DNA of 64,000 nucleotides from Lytechinus pictus (lineage: Eukaryota): NCBI RefSeq assembly GCF_037042905.1, contig NC_087252.1:7194001-7258000 (forward strand). The letters run 5' to 3'. Each line of letters starts with the position of its first letter. Positions within the stretch are counted from its first letter, which is position 1. A program made the translations under genes and the position numbers. Below, in pieces: positions 39,631-51,427 of the stretch. Under the pieces are notes generated by a model that did not search any database, was not told the DNA's origin, and worked only from the letters and a program-made list of their open reading frames with translations.

Positions 39631-40630
39631 TTTTTGTCTCGCCTGCGTAGCGGAGCGAGACATAGGTATCACTATTTTCGGCGGCGGCGGCGTCGTCGTC
39701 AACAATTGTGTTGTACACCCAATAACTTTCAATAGCTTTGAGGTGGGATCACCAAATTCATACCAGAGGTCCATCTCTTGAAGGCACAGGTCAAGTTCGA
39801 ATATGAGTCGAATGTGCATAAGGTCAAGGGTCAAAGGTCAATGAACTTTCCATGACTGGCACTGTGCTGTGTTGTACACACAATAACTTTCTATATTTTC
39901 GAGTTGGGATCACCAAATTCATACCAGAGGTCCATCTCCTGAAGGCACAGGTCAAGTTCGAATATGAGTCGAATGTGAATAAGGTCAAAGGTCAATGAAC
40001 TTTCCATGACTGGCACTGTGCTGTGTTGTACACACAATAACTTTCTATAGCTTCGAGGTGAGATCGCCAAATTCATAACAGAGGTCCATCTTTTGAAGGT
40101 GCAGGTCAAGTTCAAATGTGAGTTGAATTTGATTAAGGTCAAAGGTCATTGAACTTTCCATGACTGGCACTGTGCTGTGTTGTACACACAATAACTTTTT
40201 ATAGCTTCGAGGTGGGATCGCCAAACTTGTAACAGAGGTCCATCTCTTGAAGGTGCAGGTCAGGTTGGTTCGAATGTGAGTTGAATTCGATTAAGGTCAA
40301 AGGTCAATGAACTTTCACACTACTTTGTTCCTCTAATAACATGAACTTTATGATTTTATACTTTTTAACACTAATATTTTACTTCAGAACTCAGTACTCT
40401 CTATACCTGAACCAGATTTTGTATTTTACTTGTTTATTCTTTAAAAACTATTGTTGTCATTTATTTAATGAGCTATAGTTCTTGGCACCATTTATAATAT
40501 TCACACAAATTTGCCAATTGTACAATAGAAAAGCTGTCAAAGTTTCTTAAATGTTACCCTTCAGATTTGACATGCAGTCTCTTCATGACTGCAATATGCA
40601 GGCGAGACAACGCTTGGCGTTTGCCTTGTT
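39631..40630 (+). mobile_element. HINE-like family D element with ~150-bp tandem units
   Basis: TTTTTGTCTCGCCTGC...(GGC)n...4 units...GCAGGCGAGAC...GCCTTGTT. Confidence 0.78.
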
Positions 40631-41589
40631 AGCTGTATTTTTCAAGGTCATTGCCAATAAGACAAACTATTTGTGATGCATATCCTTTTAGTACTAATTA
40701 CAGACTACCATTACAGACAATACCCAGTGATTGCTCGCTTTTCATTTTTGATATATCCCAATTTGAAATGCGCTGAAAACTTGTACGTGTCGTTTTACAT
40801 CGATGTTGGGGTGTTTACGACCATTTTCGAATGCGTAAACCAGCTATTAAACATTTCGGTCACAAAAATTTTAAGTATCCCATGAAAAGATAGGTAAATG
40901 TCTATCAGTATACAGAAATTGGGGTTGCACCTGGATAGGACGAGGGGTGATTCGTGACCTTGAACTTTGCATCTTTTAGAAAAAATCAAACTTTGAGGGC
41001 GCCCTACAAGAAATCAACGTGCATGTTTGGGCCAATTTTTTGTAGGTCTATTGAGCAAGTCTTAGTCTTCAAATTTGCATAATATTGGGTTCTAAGCTAA
41101 TTGAATTTGGAAGTTATGAGCCTCTAAGCCTGTACCCAAAAACATTGACTTCGATGCTTAGCACCATTTTCGGCGACCTTGTGCGCAATAACGGCTGGTC
41201 AGATATATGTGTTAAAACTATAAAATTCTTCCAATTCACAGAAAAGGACTCTACCTCATCAAACTTGGCTGCAGCAGTCAATCAAAATTAGTCAATTTTA
41301 TTTAAACTTGATTGTTTGGCCACGAATTGGTTGCTAAGGGAGGCCATATCTTAGCAACCGTGTGACCTTGAGGCAAAATATTTCATATTTTTCCGTCAGA
41401 CACTTGGGGGAACATTTGGTGCAAGTTTAAAGAAAATCGAAGGGGTTCGGGTGACAAATTGTCTAAAAATTTGTTGATTTGATGTGGATTGACCCATACA
41501 TGTATTTTATTTTTTTACGTTGGTACATTTTTGTTGATAAAATACATGCACATCCATTATCGAAAGTCAAGTGTCATCGAACTTTACAT

Positions 41590-42248
41590 ATAAAGTCCAC
41601 CCCGGCAAAATGTTGATTTGAATAAGTAGAGAAAAATTAAACTAGCATAACACTGAAAATTTCATCAAAATCGGATGTATAATATTAAAAGAATGTTATA
41701 TAAAGGCATTTTAAAGTTTCGCTTTATTTATTTTCACCAAGGAGCTGTGTTGGAAGCTCCTTGTTTTCACAAAACAGTTATATGCACCACTCAGTGGTAT
41801 GCAAATGAGTCAGTCGATGATGTCCATCACTCACTAATTCTTTTGCTCTTTTATTGTTTGAATTATACAATATTTCATTTTTTACAGATTTGACCATACA
41901 TGTAGGGACCAACTTGACTGAACCATAAAGTAATAAAGAATGCAAATTGTTCAGGGAAAGAATATCACTTTTTCACTTGACAATGGGGAGAAAATTAGAA
42001 TATTTCATATCTCATATAATAAAATACAAAAGAAATAGTGAGTGGGTGACGTCATCAGTCTCCTCATTTGCATACCGACCAGGATGTGCATATATAAATG
42101 TTTTGTGAAATTATTAATTATTACTTTAAAATGTCATAGCTTTCTTATTTTACATCCGATTTTGATGAAATTTTCAGTGTTATGCTTTTAAGATTTGTCT
42201 CTTTTTATTCAAATCAATTTTTTTTGTTGGGATGGACTTGTCCTTTAA
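41590..42248. mobile_element. Kolobok-type MITE, copy 2
   Basis: Collinear with 4110-4711, ends GGACTTGTCCTTTAA. Confidence 0.85.
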
Positions 42249-42499
42249 AACAGTATTCTTTTCATACATGAACATGTAGAGTATCCATTATATTAAACAC
42301 AAAAAAAAATCTAAATTTATGTTTTTGAATAGTTTTCAGAGGTTAAAAATCTACGAAGGTCCCATTGTGCGCTGGACTTGCCCAGTAATGTAAATCTTAA
42401 ATTAAAAAATAAACATGAATTATTGAGGGAGGAGTTTATGGTCACAAGCATGTTGATTGATCTCCATGCTGGCTATGGGGTCATTATCAATGTTTGCAC

Positions 42500-43085
42500 T
42501 TATAGGTCAAATCCACCCCAGAAAAATGATGATTTGAATGAATAGAGAATAATCAATTAATAATGGTGAAAATTCATAAAAATCGCATTTGAAATAAGAA
42601 AGTTATGACATTGTAAATTTTGCTTATTTTTCACAAAACAGTGATATGCACAACTCAGTGACATGCAAATGAGACAGACGATGATGTCCCTCACTCACTA
42701 TTTCTTTTGTTTTTTATTGTTTGAATTATACAATATTTAATTTTTCACAGATTTGACATTAAGGACCGACTTGACTGAACCGTAAACAATGCCAATTCCA
42801 CAGGTTCATGGAGGAATTAATCGCTGTTTTACTTGACAATGAGGGGAAATTAGAATATTTCATGTAATCAAATACAAAAGAAATAGTGGATGATGTAGTC
42901 ATTCTCCTCATTTGCGTACTGACCAGGACGTGAATACAACTTTGTGGAAATGAAGCGAAACTTTGAAATGTCATAACTGTCTCATTTTACATCCGATTTT
43001 GATGAAATTTTCAGCGTTGTGCTTGTTGGATTTTTTTCTCTTTTTATTCAAATCAACTTTTTGTTTGGGTGGACTTGTCCTTTAA
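42500..43085. mobile_element. Kolobok-type MITE, copy 3
   Basis: Collinear with 4110-4711. Accounts for the spurious N-terminus of ORF 43019-43486. Confidence 0.85.
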
Positions 43086-43151
43086 TAACCAATATGGGAT
43101 ATTTTCATTCATTTGTTTACACCCCCCCCCCCCTTTCATTCTACAATGTAG

Positions 43152-43460
43152 GAACCAATGGGCAAACAGCCACTGTAACCGGTACTTCACTAGCACCAGC
43201 TGGGTCTGTTGCCACACTCACATGTGATATTACAGGTGGAACAGTAGCTGCAATTATATGGGTAGATGACATTACAGGTGAAATTATCTTTACTGGAGAT
43301 GTCCCTATCACTGTTGATGAAAAGTTTAGTAACTTTGATGTAACTACCCTGACAAATATACAATCAGTGATGACAATATCTAGTGCAGAAGTAACAGATG
43401 ATGGGATCTATACATGTCAAATTCAGGGTACTGATGGCAGTTTGAACTTTACAGTAGAAG
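43152..43460 (+). CDS. IgSF gene, Ig domain 1 (V/I-set-like) exon
   Basis: Acceptor ctacaatgtag|, donor G|gtaagt, 309 nt, phase 1-1. Motifs ATLTC..IIW..DDGIYTC (D-x-G-x-Y-x-C). Confidence 0.92.
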
Positions 43461-43654
43461 GTAAGTGGAACACACACATGAAATGAGCCTGTTGCAAAGA
43501 GTTGTGTTTAAAAACGCAATTGAAAAAAGTAAGAGTAAAGTCACTATAAAGTAATCATGCATGTTTCATAGTTGGAAATGAAGTTGTATTTTAATTATTT
43601 TAGTTGCATTTGATTGCCACTCAGCAATGGGCCCTGGGGCTATTATGCATTTTA

Positions 43655-44817
43655 TTGTCTCGCCCACCAGAGGTGAAGGCGAGAGTTAGGGATCAAAATG
43701 TCATCCGTCGTCCGTCCGTCGTCGGTCGTCCGTCCGTCACAAATCTAATGACACATAACTCTACAACCGTAAGTCGCTTTTCAACCAAACTTGGATGGTA
43801 GATGGACTTGGGGGACCTGCATGCAATGCTGCAGTTAGAGGTCACATGATAAGGTCAAAGGTCATTTTCAGGTCAACGTTAAAGTTTACATGCAAGACTA
43901 TTATGACACCTAACTCCGCAACCGTAAGTCGCTTTTCAACCAAGCTTGGATGGTAGATGGACTTGGGGGACCTGCATGTTATGCTGCAGTCGGAGGTCAC
44001 ATGATAAGGGCAAAGGTCATTTTCAGGTCAACGTTAAAGTTTACATGCAAGACTCTATTATGACACCTAATTCCCCAACCGTAAGTCGCTTTTCAATCAA
44101 ACTTGGATGGTAGATGGACTTGGGGGACCTGCATGTTATGCTGCAGTTAGAGGTCACATGATAAGGTCAAAGGTCATTTTCAGGTCAACGTGAAAGTTTA
44201 CATGCAAGACTCTCTTATGACACCTAACTCCGCAACTGTAAGTCGCTTTTCAACCAAACTTGGATGGTAGATGGACTTGGGGACCTGCATGTTATGCTGC
44301 AGTCGGAGGTCACATGGCAAGGTCAAAGGTCATTTTCAGGTCAACGTTAAAGTTTACGTGCAAGACTCTCTTATGACACCTAACTCTGCAACCGTAAGTC
44401 ACTTTTCAACCAAACTTGGATGGTAGATGGACATGGGGGACCTGCATGTTATGCTGCAGTCAGAGGTCACATGTTAAGGTCAAAGGTCATTTTCAGGTCA
44501 ACAATAAAGTTTACATGCAAGACTCTCTTATGACACCTAAATCTGCAACCGTAAGTCACTTTTCAACCAAACTTAGATGGTAGATGGACTTGGGGGACCT
44601 GCATGTGATGCTGCAGTCGGAGGTCACATGGTTAGGTCAAAGGTCATTTTCAGGTCAACATTAAAGTTTACATGCAAGGCTCTTATGACAAGTAATATTC
44701 CATCCCGGTCATTTCACAATTAAGTTTCGACAAATTTCTGTTGCGTGCCCTCGCAAATCACGATATTTCTGGTTATTTTCATAAGTGGGCGAGACACAAA
44801 ATCGCTTTTGCCTTGTT
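43655..44817 (+). mobile_element. HINE-like family C element, full length, six ~157-bp units
   Basis: TGTCTCGCCCAC...(GTCC)n...tandem array...GTGGGCGAGACA...GCCTTGTT. Confidence 0.82.
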
Positions 44818-45270
44818 TTTTTTTGTGAAAAGAGAAAGTTCAATCTTTTCTTTACTTTATAATTTTCTTTGAAGATAATTCTCCATCCTGCCTTTTACCC
44901 TTTTGGGTAGATGGGCACTTGCGATTGGGTGTAATAGACAATTTCCATTAAAAAAAATTCTATGAAATTGTTAAAATAAAGAGACCAATTTGTTTTAACC
45001 TGTATTATTGAGTATGAAAATTGTAGTAATTTTGTGTTATTACCATGCCCCCATTTTCCCATTTCTTTATTTTTTACATGAAATCATAATTCGGTGGTAG
45101 GTCAAAATCAACAGATCACCTTTTAATTGTGTCCCAATTTTCTTTATTCCTATTATTATTTAGCTATTTTTAAGACCAGTGTTCCCCTTGTTTTCTACAT
45201 GGTACCGTATAAACCAAAGTAATGTGTATTATTAAATTGTCACTTGTATATTTTTTCCCTTTGATTTTAG

Positions 45271-45594
45271 ATCCAGGAAGTTTAAATGAACCAACTGTAA
45301 AAAGTAATGTAAGTAGCAGTGGAGAGGATATGTATGAAGCAACGTGTGAAGTTGTTGGAAGCAAACCACAAGTTAGCATCACATGGTATCTGAATGATGT
45401 TGAACAGATTGATGGCAATGGGAACATGATAGTTGAAACAAACCCAACAGCTACACCACCATTATCTAATACAAGGAGTGTGTTCACCTTCCCAGCAACT
45501 CAAGAAAACTATTTACAAACTTTGGAATGTCGGGCTACTGGATATCAGCTCACAGAGCTGGAAAGACAGGAATCGAGAGATTTAGATATTCATA
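45271..45594 (+). CDS. IgSF gene, Ig domain 2 (C2-set-like) exon
   Basis: Acceptor ttgattttag|, donor A|gtaagt, 324 nt, phase 1-1. Motifs ATCEVVGSKPQVSITWY...LECRA. Confidence 0.92.
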
Positions 45595-45631
45595 GTAAGT
45601 ATAATTAGATGGTGATCTTCCCAATTCATAC

Positions 45632-46695
45632 TAGGCCCGTTTTGGGTACACGTGTACACGCACAGTCAAGTCAGTGCACGTGTACTAAATTCCATCACCG
45701 TGTACACGGTAGCATCTGCATAAAGCTTGCGTGGGACTGTAAAGTCAGTGAACAAGCTCACAGCCTCACATTAATTTCTTAGTTCTCAGACACTGCACAT
45801 GTTTTAATCACTAATATGTCAATATATTTCAATTAACCTAGAGTGAGTTTACTTCCAAAATCGCAGATTTAATCCACATTTATTCTGGGGACTCAAGTTT
45901 TTGTACCACACGAAATGGGTATGCTCTGGTCAGTGCAGGGCCCTAGTTAGCGCCGACGTTCGTTGGATGCGCATTTTGCATACTGTACCGTACATGCATG
46001 CACAGATCGCTGCAGAATTAAGTGTAACTGAAGTTATTGATTGATTTTCATTATTTTATTGCCAATTTTGAGGAGCGTGTGTTTGTCGGCTTGTAGCACA
46101 TGAGTATAAGCGTATAACACGTAACTGGAGACTCTCGAAAGCGTTCTTCAATCACTTTTAGAGCCAATTTGAGAATCACCAATTGCGACAGCGATCATTG
46201 CTCCAGTTACGTGTTATACGCTCATACACATGTGCTACAAGCCTACAAACAAACGCTCCTCAAATTGGCAATAAAATAATGAAAATCAATCGATAACTTC
46301 AGTTACACTTAATTCTGCAGCGATCTGTGCATGCATGTACGGTACAGTATGCAAAATGCGCATCCAACGAATTTCGGCGCTAACTAGGGCCCTGCACTGA
46401 TTTACTTTTGCATTCTTTATTAATTTAATGCGCTGCTAAGCTGAGTAAACTTTTTAATTGCACCAATTTTTGTGGATTGATACTTCTAACTTCTCAGGTA
46501 AGCTTTAAAACCGTGACTTAGGCTACATAGACCCCGTTTATGTTACATTGACAGGTTGATGCGGGTCCGTGAATGTCGACATGTAGGAAACACTGAAAAC
46601 ATACCGTAACTCACTCTCAGTGTTTACAACGTGTACACGACCGAAAAACACGCCGTGTACACGTGCATCAAAAATGGACTTTCAAACCGGGCCTA
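45632..46695. mobile_element. hAT non-autonomous element
   Basis: TIR TAGGCCCG / CGGGCCTA, perfect 8-bp TSD ATTCATAC, subterminal GTGTACAC repeats. Confidence 0.88.
45930..46400. repeat. Near-perfect inverted repeat, ~200-bp arms, 70-bp spacer
   Basis: 45930-46130 is the reverse complement of 46201-46400 with few mismatches. Confidence 0.95.
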
Positions 46696-47395
46696 ATTCA
46701 TACAAGGTGTTGTAGATCTTACCGATAATGCCTACTTGGCTTGTTGTACAGGAGCAAATGGGAGGCTGAATGTCAAAAATTTGTAACATTGCACACATGA
46801 CGTACCATCCAAAATATACCGTCAAAAAATGTACCGTTGCACGGGTCATGAAAAGGTGACGTTACTATACAAAATTGAGATTCAACGTATTATATGCATA
46901 GTAAATGTATACGCGCAGGGTTTACTGGCTAAATGCACATTGTCATTGCAAATCAGATGCGCGTTTGAGGGACTTTACTTTCGCTTTAATAAAAATCTTT
47001 TTTTTTCATAGATTAGCCAAAAAATCTCGCACCATCGCACTCATGCCTATTCGCTATTTGTATACTGTACATTCCTTTATATTCCTGATTTATCAGTTTA
47101 TTTCCCAAATGGTTAAAATTGGCCCTGAAATGCCTGAATGATTTTATTTTTATTTCAAATATTTTTTTCCCATCTTATTGTTTCAATTGAATTAGAAAAG
47201 CAAACCTGGATAAGTCGTCTAGTCTTGCATTTGAAATTTACTTTACCTGTCTGCAAAGATTTATTAAAATGAAATGGGGGGGGGTGGAACTTTGTTATTG
47301 TATTTGTACTTGAACTGGAAGTTATTGAAATGCATTGTCAATTTAAATTTTTTTAAATAAGATATTTAATAATTACTTTTCTTTTATCAACTTAG

Positions 47396-47668
47396 CCTCT
47401 CCATCTACAGCTGGTACTTCTGTCACTGCTGATTATATAACCGATGGCACAGACATCATCAGAGTGACATGTACTGCACAGAATGAACCTATTCCAAGAA
47501 TGAGAAACTACTATATATTCTCTAATGGTACCCTAATACATGAATCAATGGATAGTGTGACGGAGGTCAGTGTTTCAAATCCTGTAGCTGGAACAGAGTA
47601 CACGTGTGTGGCTGGTAATTACCTTGGAAATACATCAAATAGTGCAGCAGTGACATATGACCCAACAA
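47396..47668 (+). CDS. IgSF gene, Ig domain 3 exon
   Basis: Acceptor tatcaacttag|, donor A|gtgagt, 273 nt, phase 1-1. Motifs RVTCTA...EYTCVAGNYLG. Confidence 0.9.
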
Positions 47669-47789
47669 GTGAGTGAATTTGCATTCTTGAAATTTTGGTT
47701 TATAATTATACTTGCATATCTGTATGGTCGTGGTGAGCTGAGCATGGAAAAATATCAATTATCATCCATTTCTTCTTCATTGTCTAATA

Positions 47790-48995
47790 AAGGGATCCAA
47801 ATGTCGACCATCCGTCTGTTTGTCACAGACATGACACACAACTCTGCAACAGTTTTTCACTTTTCAATCAAACTTGGATGGTATATGTACTTAGGGGACA
47901 TGCATGTTATTCTGCAGTCGGAGGTCACATGGTAAGGTCAAAGGTCTTTTTCAGGTCAACATTAAAGTTTATGTTCAAACTCCCTTATGACTTATAACTC
48001 CACAACTGTAAGTCACTTTTCAACCAAACTTGGATGGTAGATTTAGTTAGGGGATCTGCATGTTGTTGTGCAGTGTGAGGTCACGTGGTAAATTCAAAGG
48101 TCAATTTGAGGTCAACAATCTTCTTGTGACACACAACTCAGTAACCGTAAAGTCACTTTTGAACCAAACTTGGGTTGTAGCTGTACTTTAAGGAGACCTG
48201 CATGTTATCGTGTTCAGAGGTCACATGGTAAGGTCAAAGGTCATTTTGAGATCAACATTATAGTTAAAGGAGAATGAAACTCTTGGAGCAAGTTAGCTTT
48301 TGTGAAAGCAGAAAAATCAAAGAATAAGATCAACAAAGGTTTGAGTAAAATAGGACTAGCAATAGAAGAGTTATGAGCATTTGAATGTCGAGATCACTAA
48401 TGCTATGGAGATCCTCCCATTGGCAATGCGACCAAGATCTATGATGTCACCGATGAACAACTCTCCCCTTTTGGACACTGAAAATATACCCCAAAACATC
48501 TCTTTTTGCTCATTCTAATCATATGACAAACGATTCATCAATGATAATAATGTTGTGAAACCTCTGTACTTGTCCTCTCATAAAGAGAACACCTCACCTT
48601 GTGATAGACTCTATAAAAGTGAGAATATAAGTGAAATAAGATACTAAAGTAATGAGGGAGTTGTACGTGTGTGACATCACAGATCTTTGTCGCATTGCCA
48701 ATGGGAGGAACTACATGGCATTAGTGATCTCAATATTCAAATGCTCATAACTTTCTTATTATTCATTCAATCTTCCTCAAACTTTCAGCAATATGTTTCT
48801 TTGATTTTTCTCTTTGATATGGATTCAGCTGGTTTCAAGGGTTTCATTCTCCTTTAACATGCAAGACTCCTATGAGAAATGTTATTCCATCTCAGTTATT
48901 CTACAATGAACTTTTGATACAGTTCTGTTGCGTGCCCTCGCAAATCATGATATTTCTGGTTACTTTCACAAGTGGGCGAGACACAACATTCCTTG
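47790..48995 (+). mobile_element. Older family C element interrupted by a MITE
   Basis: Same tandem unit and 3' end (gtgggcgagacac) as 43655-44817. Confidence 0.72.
48264..48857. mobile_element. Kolobok-type MITE (second family)
   Basis: TTAAAGGAGAATGAAAC / GTTTCATTCTCCTTTAA with long inverted arms. Confidence 0.85.
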
Positions 48996-50619
48996 TGTTA
49001 TCAATTGTGTATGAACTTCATTGCAGATTTTTTAAACAAAAAACTGACCCCGGACATTTCCTCGATAAAAAGAAAACAAGAACTTAATCAAGACGGGAGT
49101 GTATAGGCGAGGTCTGTAGTTTTCTGCATCTGATCTGATGTATTTGCTCACTTTTCGCATAACAGCATTAGACTCATATTAGCAAAGACAATAGGTGTAG
49201 CCCCACCTAGCTTTTAGGCTACCATTGGGGATTCTTTTTAGAGCCTGTGTCAAGTTAAAAAAAAATGAAAGCTTGGCCTTGTTTTGATCTACAGAATGAG
49301 GGAGATGGTTTTACAAATGTTGATTTGACTATAAATATAACTGATTCCATAAACATTTCTGACCAACAACACTCCTATTAAACAGTAGTATACCTTTTAA
49401 AGGCATGAGTCATTATGTTTATTTTGAAGAACTTTATGATTTAAATGCTATAAATGGGCAGTTTGGGTTACCCAGCGGGGGGGGGGGGGTGTAAAAAAAA
49501 GTGAGTTGCTGAAATTTCACACGACACATCTTTTACATCCATGCAATTGTCATACTACATGTAGATCCCTTTTTTCGTAATTTCCTTGAAACTATAATCA
49601 AGAAAATTATGAGTTTTCCTTTCTTTCGTGACTCTGAAAAGCCGTTTACTGTGGTTGTCACACTATCATGTACAATATGTACATGTAAATGTATGCATAT
49701 ATGGGACTGAAATAAACATCATCCAGATCTTGTGTGGACATGGATGTGTATGTTAAGAACTACAGTATGTTTGACCATACCCTTGTACTTCTGAAGTAAA
49801 ATATTTAACATCTTTATGTACATGTACATGAATATGTAGGCCTTACTGTTCACCTCATTTAAAATAAAGGTTTGCCTAGAAGCCTCTCAATTGATTGACT
49901 ATTGATTGAAAGGTCCTATTTTATTTGACTATCCTTTATTTGGCCACCTGAGGTTGACAATTTACACATTCTATCAGTTGAATTCCGTCTTCGCTGGCTG
50001 GTTTGCAACTTGATGCAATGGCTCATTTCATTTGTAACATTGGCCTACAAAGTTCGCACTTCGCGGGCTGTTGTACAACATTTTCCCAAGCTTCTATTTG
50101 AATGAGTCAATTGATTAGGATAGTTTTATTATGATGAATCTAGCAGAATTTCTTCTTTTTTTTCTGAAACATTGTAGAGAAACAAGGATCGCAGGCATGA
50201 ATCCAGGGGATGGGGGAAGGCATCCCTTTTTTAAGGCCATTTTTTGGTTGCTTGCTAGCTTGAAAAATATACAAGAAAATATTCCTTCAGTGCCTATAAT
50301 ATGCTTCTTTTTAACATTTTTTTTTTTCAAGTGGGCCTCATTTAGGTACATGTAAATCTTGGATCCACCCCTGGATTGTTTTAATAATTGTAAAAGAACT
50401 TTCCTTGTTTTCAATTGGCCGAGAAGCAGAGATGTCTGACTGCTACTGCACATGTACTCGTACATTGTAACTACTGGATAACTTTGATAAAACTTCTCTT
50501 ATGAAGTACTCCCCTGATATTAGTTTCTTTAGACATACACGTATCCCATCAATAAGATAATTTCCATCTTTTGTTTCTCATTCTTCTGATGTTCATGAGT
50601 GGTAGCAATTTTGGTTTAA

Positions 50620-51379
50620 CCCTAAATAGACTGGGCTATTTCGATGCCTAAGAAGACTGGGGGGGGGGGGGGGGGGGGCTGATTCAGCCCCCCCCTATGA
50701 TCTCGGCCGTCGACTGCGCGATCGCAACGAAAAGTGGCACGTGCATTACCCATGGCATAATCTCCAAGACTGTAGGATCAAATTTTCCGAAAAATCTCAT
50801 AATTCATTAATTATGCTAATTTATGCGTAAAATCCAAGATTTGCTCTAATTAACTAAATAAGGCCTCTAAACTGCTAATTTTTTATTCACAGACTCTTTG
50901 AACGATTCTGATCAAATGTTTTTTTTTTTAAATTCAATATCACAATTCTTTTCTTATGTATTTTATTGTTTTTCAAATTTCTTATGTATTTCTTTGTTTT
51001 TCGACTTTTTGTTTTTTATTGTTTTTTCAATGGAAATTGTCCGCTACTTTATTTTGACCATAAACAAGATGAAATTAATTGAGTTTGATTAGTAAAATTG
51101 AAAATAATGATACATTTATGAATTTTGGCTAAAAACACAATTTGCATTGGATTTGTACACAAATTCACGTTTTTGAGCAATTTCAGGTCGACATGCACTT
51201 ACAAAATGTTGCGTAATTTCGGAACCACGTACCCGGGCGTCGCAAATTTGGTCTCAAAAGTTGCGCAAGACTTTTTTTTAAAAAGTCATGGAACGGCGCG
51301 GCGCCAGCTTTTCGCGTTACAGATTTATCGCGAAAAATGTTGAGGGGGGGCTGAATCAGCCCCCCCAGTCTTTTTAGGG
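50620..51379. mobile_element. piggyBac-type MITE
   Basis: TTAA|CCCTAAA..GACTGGG...CCCAGTCTTTTTAGGG|TTAA. Confidence 0.85.
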
Positions 51380-51427
51380 TTAAGGGTTCAAACACTTATT
51401 TGCACAAATACATTCATTGTACGTACT

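Larger units (their letters stand above)
29639..41495. mobile_element. Long-TIR DNA element shell (ISL2EU-like, tentative) with nested insertions
   Basis: (A/G)GGTCAATCCA..TCAAATCAAC ends inverted at 29639 and 41495, AT flanks. 31260-31420 is the inverted homologue of 40890-41045. Confidence 0.6.

Noticed and set aside
43019..43151. Hydrophobic N-terminus of ORF 43019-43486 as a signal peptide
   Set aside because: Derived from a MITE terminus and the polypyrimidine tract; the real acceptor is at 43151.
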